Of a stretch of 49,384 nucleotides of DNA, positions 45,492 to 49,384 are shown one piece after another. The stretch spans positions 1 through 49,384 of the forward strand of contig CAZMMZ010000009.1 in NCBI GenBank assembly GCA_964567575.1, written 5' to 3'. The notes beneath the pieces were generated by a model. That model was not told the origin of the DNA. It saw nothing but the letters and a program-made list of their open reading frames with translations, and ran no database searches. Origin of the DNA: Candidatus Undinarchaeota archaeon (GTDB lineage Archaea > Undinarchaeota > Undinarchaeia > Undinarchaeales > UBA543). The translations under genes and the position numbers were made by a program. Numbering within the stretch: the first letter of the stretch is position 1; each line of letters opens with the position of its first letter.

Positions 45492-45910
45492 TGGTCAAAA
45501 ACAAAAAACAAAAAGGCACATATGCTGAGCGAGAATTAACTAAGATGCTATGGGAGCGCGGCTTTGCTTGTGTGCGTGCAGCAGGTTCTGGTTCAGGGCC
45601 TCTTCCAAGCCCAGATGTTGTTGCAAGCAATGGCAAAACTACTCTTGCATTTGAATGTAAATTTTTCGCTTCAGATTATTTACATCTCGATCATTCTCAA
45701 ATTGCTCAATTAGTTGAGTTCGCGCAAAAATTTAAAGCAGATCCTTGGATAGCAGTTCGATATGCAGGAAAGAAATGGGCATTTCTTGATATTGCGCGAA
45801 TTCGAAGAACTCCTGGAGAAAATTTCAAAGTTTCAAAAGATTTTGCGTATGATGATGGACATACCTTCGATGAATTGTTAGAGCGTTATGAAAAGTTAGC
45901 TGCGTTATAA
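45491..45910 (+). CDS. hjc: Holliday junction resolvase Hjc
   Basis: KG..AEREL...L...GFACVRAAGSG, PDVVA, FECK. Confidence 0.94.
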   Translation: MVKNKKQKGTYAERELTKMLWERGFACVRAAGSGSGPLPSPDVVASNGKTTLAFECKFFASDYLHLDHSQIAQLVEFAQKFKADPWIAVRYAGKKWAFLDIARIRRTPGENFKVSKDFAYDDGHTFDELLERYEKLAAL

Positions 45911-45915
45911 CGGTT

Positions 45916-47286
45916 TTACCATTCCCACGGATTCTTTTTACTCAAGTATCGTGTTAAAAATCTTGCAAATTCTTCTTTGTATTCCTTCAAAAGGTTTTTC
46001 TCATCAATTAATTTTTTTTCTTCCTTTAAACTTATTGTAACATATTTTGTAATTCCATTTTTATCTGGTTCTTTTAATATATTTTTCAAAAGATCTTCAA
46101 CTATAGTATATTTGCGAGGGACATTAACATACCAGCGTCTGTTTTTAATCCACGGATTTCGTTCTTTGTATTTTGCTTCAAATGCATCTTGATATTTTTT
46201 GTCAATTGAAATTGGTGGGCCTTCAAGTACTTTCAGTTCTGGAAGTTCTGTATTTTGCACTTCAACTAATAAGTAACTATATTTTTCACTTGAATAGTAA
46301 TCAGTTTGCATAACATCAAAATCAAAATAATCTAATTTTTTCTTAAAGGTTTTCAAACTTTTTCTTAGTTGTGAATATAAGATATCTTCTTGTATGTCCG
46401 GAGTTTTGAATTTTATTATGAAAATCTTTCCACGTTTTTTCAGTTGTTTTTGAAGTTTGTCTTGTGTAAATGGTTCAATGAGATTTGGGAAAAAGAATTC
46501 AACTGTTGGTTTTTGAAGGAAATATTGAAATGCTTGAATTAGTTTTTCAAAATTATCTTCATCAAGAGCCGCAGCTACATTTCGTAATCTGTCAGTTGGG
46601 TCAATTACAATAAGTGCGTTTTGGAATCTTTTGAAAATTTTCTTTTTGTTTTTGTGAAGTTTTTCAATATCTATCACTAGTCCATATTCCCATTTTGTTG
46701 CAGCTTGTTTTGCAAGTTTCTTGAATGTTCCGTATTGTAGAATTAATAATTCGCAAAGATATCCTGAGAATCCACGCACTTTTTCTTTTGCACTATAAAC
46801 GCCAATTCCTTTTGAAAATTGTTTTAGAATTCTGACTTCAGTTTTTTGTTTTTCTGTCATATTTTCAAGAACGTATTTCGTGTGGAATGGTGTGCGGTCA
46901 ACGGATGATGCTTTTTGTTCAGTATTTTCTAATTTGTAACATGGTACAATATCTAAATCAATATCATTAATTTTGGATCTTGTGTAAGGATGTTCGGAAT
47001 AAGCGAGCTCTGGGACGCCTCCTAGTTCTTTTATTGCTTTTTTCCCAACAGCGACTCCTTCTTTTTCTAAAACTTTTTTATTCAGTTCTCTATCAAAAAA
47101 TAAAAATACATCAATATCGTGATTACCAGAAATCCACGTGTCTTTGGCAAGAGATCCTTCAACTGAAGCAGCATATCCCTGTTTGTTTATTAGCTTAATA
47201 ACTTTCTTTGAAAACGATTTTAGTTTTTCTCGTTCTTTCTTGTTTGGGGTTATTGCATCTGCTACTTCTTCAAGTATTTTATCCAT
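45916..47286 (-). CDS. cca: CCA-adding enzyme (class I)
   Basis: GSLAKDTW....DIDVF, EHPY, DIVPCY, VDRTPFHT, GFSGYLCELL, VIDPTD..RNVAAAL. Confidence 0.97.
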   Translation of the reverse strand: MDKILEEVADAITPNKKEREKLKSFSKKVIKLINKQGYAASVEGSLAKDTWISGNHDIDVFLFFDRELNKKVLEKEGVAVGKKAIKELGGVPELAYSEHPYTRSKINDIDLDIVPCYKLENTEQKASSVDRTPFHTKYVLENMTEKQKTEVRILKQFSKGIGVYSAKEKVRGFSGYLCELLILQYGTFKKLAKQAATKWEYGLVIDIEKLHKNKKKIFKRFQNALIVIDPTDRLRNVAAALDEDNFEKLIQAFQYFLQKPTVEFFFPNLIEPFTQDKLQKQLKKRGKIFIIKFKTPDIQEDILYSQLRKSLKTFKKKLDYFDFDVMQTDYYSSEKYSYLLVEVQNTELPELKVLEGPPISIDKKYQDAFEAKYKERNPWIKNRRWYVNVPRKYTIVEDLLKNILKEPDKNGITKYVTISLKEEKKLIDEKNLLKEYKEEFARFLTRYLSKKNPWEW

Positions 47287-47321
47287 TGACACTCCTAGTG
47301 AACTAGAGTATAAAAATGTGT

Positions 47322-47385
47322 GGCTCGGCAGCTACCTTTCTCATCATCTATGGGGCTATCAGAGGGTGTTCACTACCTCATTGCC
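47322..47385 (-). ncRNA. Candidate box C/D guide sRNA
   Basis: GGC-AATGAGG(C-like)-13 nt-CTGA(D')-10 nt-GATGATGA(C')-12 nt-CCGA(D)-GCC; 64 nt with a terminal GGC/GCC stem. Confidence 0.65.
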
Positions 47386-47453
47386 TAGTATTTCTTAAAA
47401 AGGGTCATTAATAAGGCTTGCTATTGTATTTTTCTAGTTATTTTAGGGAACTT

Positions 47454-48311
47454 TTACTCTTCTTTGGAAGGTTTTTCGCTTTTTTCTTCCTTTTTCTCTT
47501 CTTTTTCGACCTTTTCTTCCTTTTTCTCAGGTTTTTCTTTTACTTTTTCTTCTTTCTCAGGTTTCTTTTCTTTCTTTTCAGGGGTTTTCTCTTCTTTTTC
47601 CTCTTTTTCTTCTACTTTTTCACCTGTTTTCTCTTCTTTTTCCTCTGTTTTCTCGTATTTTTTAGTTTTTTCCCATCTGTTTTGGTCGTTTCTGTCCCTT
47701 CTTTGCCTTACTCTTGCTACTGGCTCATCTGGAAGCTCAATGTTTTCAGAAATTTCTACTTTTTCAATAGTGATGTGCTTAACTGGATAAATGTTGTGTA
47801 GTTCTTTCTTTAGCTTTGATGAGATCCGATTGCCTAATAGATCTGAAATAAAATCACTGAATCTTGATCCTTTTGATTCATCAATAAGTGCTTCACGATA
47901 TTTTTTGTCAACTGCAGTTCTTGCAGATTTGCTTGCGCTTCTGCTAATCACAATGTTACTTTTTACTATGAATTCTTTGTCATCTTTTGTTTTGATTTTT
48001 TGATTCACATAAACTTTTGCAGTTTTTTTACGAGAAACATTTCTTCGCTGATCTTTTTGTATCATAAATCCAAGGAATTTTGTGTTTGCTTGATCTCCAA
48101 CAAGTTTCTCTATTTTGAATCTTAGGGTAATTCGTTGTCTTGAGTTGTGATCTCCTGTTAAATCTCCCATATTTACTTTAATAACACGATCAACTACTTT
48201 TCTTGGGTCTGTAGCTACTGTGTGGCCTATTGGTTTTGAGTTAAACATTTTTGGAGCAACTATTTCAATCCACTTTTTGCTTTTCCATTTATCTACGGTT
48301 CCTTTTGCCAT
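47454..48311 (-). CDS. rps3ae: 30S ribosomal protein S3Ae with K/E-rich C-terminal extension
   Basis: DKWKSKKWIEI.AP..F, R.....GDLTGD, IYPVK...IEK. Confidence 0.95.
   Translation of the reverse strand: MAKGTVDKWKSKKWIEIVAPKMFNSKPIGHTVATDPRKVVDRVIKVNMGDLTGDHNSRQRITLRFKIEKLVGDQANTKFLGFMIQKDQRRNVSRKKTAKVYVNQKIKTKDDKEFIVKSNIVISRSASKSARTAVDKKYREALIDESKGSRFSDFISDLLGNRISSKLKKELHNIYPVKHITIEKVEISENIELPDEPVARVRQRRDRNDQNRWEKTKKYEKTEEKEEKTGEKVEEKEEKEEKTPEKKEKKPEKEEKVKEKPEKKEEKVEKEEKKEEKSEKPSKEE
47460..47660. repeat. Low-complexity Lys/Glu codon repeats (KEEK, EKP) in the rps3ae tail
   Basis: Pyrimidine-rich plus-strand tract of TTTTC/TTCTC units. Confidence 0.7.
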
Positions 48312-48313
48312 CT

Positions 48314-48766
48314 TTACAACCTCACCGTGGATTTCTTACCACCATATTTCCATTCAGCAGGTAGTTTTCCTACACGCTTGTAATATTTCGCAAGTCTGCG
48401 AATTTTTGCTTCTGTGAGTTGAAGACCTCGTTTTGCATCCATGTCTTGTTTGTTTTCTTCAAAGTGTTTCTTGATTGTTCGAGCTCTTACAATTAAATCT
48501 TCTAAATCCTGTGGATGTTCGCCAAGGAATTTATTTTCTTTAAGAATTTGAGTAATGCTTTTGTTTGCTGCGAGTTTTACATTTGGAACTCCGTATTGAT
48601 CTCTTAGAATTGTTCCAATTTGTGTTGGTTTTGTGTTTCGCTCGCCTAGTCTGATGACTATCTTTTCAACTTCTGCAGGAACTAACTTAACCCACTCTGG
48701 GCTAGCCTTCCTTACCGGCCGCTTGCTGCCGGATTGTCCTCTCTTTCGTGAATACATTCTTGCCAT
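48314..48766 (-). CDS. rps15: 30S ribosomal protein S15 (uS15)
   Basis: MARMYSRKRGQSGS.RP, IG.ILRDQYG.P, RGLQLTEAKIRRL.KYY. Confidence 0.97.
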   Translation of the reverse strand: MARMYSRKRGQSGSKRPVRKASPEWVKLVPAEVEKIVIRLGERNTKPTQIGTILRDQYGVPNVKLAANKSITQILKENKFLGEHPQDLEDLIVRARTIKKHFEENKQDMDAKRGLQLTEAKIRRLAKYYKRVGKLPAEWKYGGKKSTVRL

Positions 48767-48784
48767 TTTTATTTATCCTTTAAT

Positions 48785-49333
48785 TTATTGAGTCTTTAGA
48801 TACTCAATTAATTTTTTCAATGCCTGCGCACGGTGAGACAGATTGGATTTAGTTTCGACATCTTCCGCGAAGGTCTTATCTTTGCCTTCGGGCAGGAAAA
48901 TAGGGTCGTAACCAAAGCCTTCCCTTCCTCGCGCTTGCGATGTAATATTGCCTGCGCATACGCCTTTAAATACTTTTTCCTCTTCGCCATTTTTGTAAGC
49001 GACTACTGCGCGGAATTCAGCATAACGATCATCAACACCTTCCATAAGTTTCAAAACACCAGGTAATCCTATTGTATAGCAAGTGTGTTTGCTGTAAACT
49101 CCTGGGAAATCTTTCAAAGCTCGGATGAATGTTCCAGCATCTTCAACAAAAACTGGCTTCTGTAGAATTTTGTAAGCTTGTCTAACAGAATGCAATGCTA
49201 GTTCCTCAACATTGTCTGTTTGAAGTTCCATTAACTCAACATCGTAATGCTCAAGCTCTACATCAGTTTTATCAAAAAGCATTTTTGCTTCTTTGAATTT
49301 TCCAGGGTTTGAAGTTGCGAAGTATGTTTTCAT
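48785..49333 (-). CDS. rdgB: Non-canonical purine NTP pyrophosphatase (RdgB/HAM1)
   Basis: FATSNPGKFKE, EDAG, FPGVYSK, GFGYDPIF, SHR. Confidence 0.97.
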   Translation of the reverse strand: MKTYFATSNPGKFKEAKMLFDKTDVELEHYDVELMELQTDNVEELALHSVRQAYKILQKPVFVEDAGTFIRALKDFPGVYSKHTCYTIGLPGVLKLMEGVDDRYAEFRAVVAYKNGEEEKVFKGVCAGNITSQARGREGFGYDPIFLPEGKDKTFAEDVETKSNLSHRAQALKKLIEYLKTQ

Positions 49334-49384
49334 GGCTCCAATAAACTTAATCCAGTTCCCTCATCCAATTTCCTTTCAATTGGC

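Noticed and set aside
47329-47340. sRNA D guide targeting tRNA-Thr(GGT) at 43319 (8-nt match GCTACCTT)
   Set aside because: Only 8 bp with mismatches next to the D box, and the predicted site (U28) is not a usual 2'-O-methylation position.
47418-47801. Phe/Ser-rich ORFs antisense to K/E-rich tails (also 25734-25997, 36676-37275, 38509-39165)
   Set aside because: They are shadow frames of low-complexity Lys/Glu codons in real genes on the opposite strand.
49334-49384. 3' end of an upstream minus-strand gene (two short open frames)
   Set aside because: Too short to decide the frame or identity.

Overview
Compact, AT-rich archaeal chromosomal segment. Gene content and style suggest a DPANN-type archaeon (inference; no rRNA is present to confirm this). 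It has short intergenic spaces, TTTATA-type TATA boxes about 25 nt upstream of many starts, and some GGAGG/AGGTG Shine-Dalgarno sites. Housekeeping content: elp3, DNA ligase, rtcB-archease, form III RuBisCO, rpl7ae-rps28e-rpl24e-ndk, rpl21e-rpo4-DUF655-rsmA, nreA, mtnA, dus, tRNA-Thr(GGT), hjc, CCA-adding enzyme, rps3ae, rps15, rdgB, a MacB-type ABC/COG1361 cluster and an arvABC/oapABC GTPase operon. No CRISPR array, transposase or integrase was seen. Most interesting items: (1) a 6-kb cell-surface operon with duplicated secreted beta-sandwich subunits and DUF916-like anchored partners, resembling a donor-strand fibre or WxL-like system; (2) three mutually homologous ~700-aa proteins with no recognisable family, one inserted into a conserved translation operon; (3) an intact endonuclease V gene lacking its metal-binding Asp residues; (4) an ArvA/OapA GTPase with a ~75-aa Rho-N/HeH-like basic insertion; (5) two candidate ncRNAs (a box C/D sRNA and an unclassified structured RNA carrying an SD plus a 3-codon ORF); (6) a triple palindromic operator array upstream of a small wHTH gene; (7) a putative ADP-ribosyltransferase-fold orphan. 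All assignments come from motif recognition by eye, not database searches.
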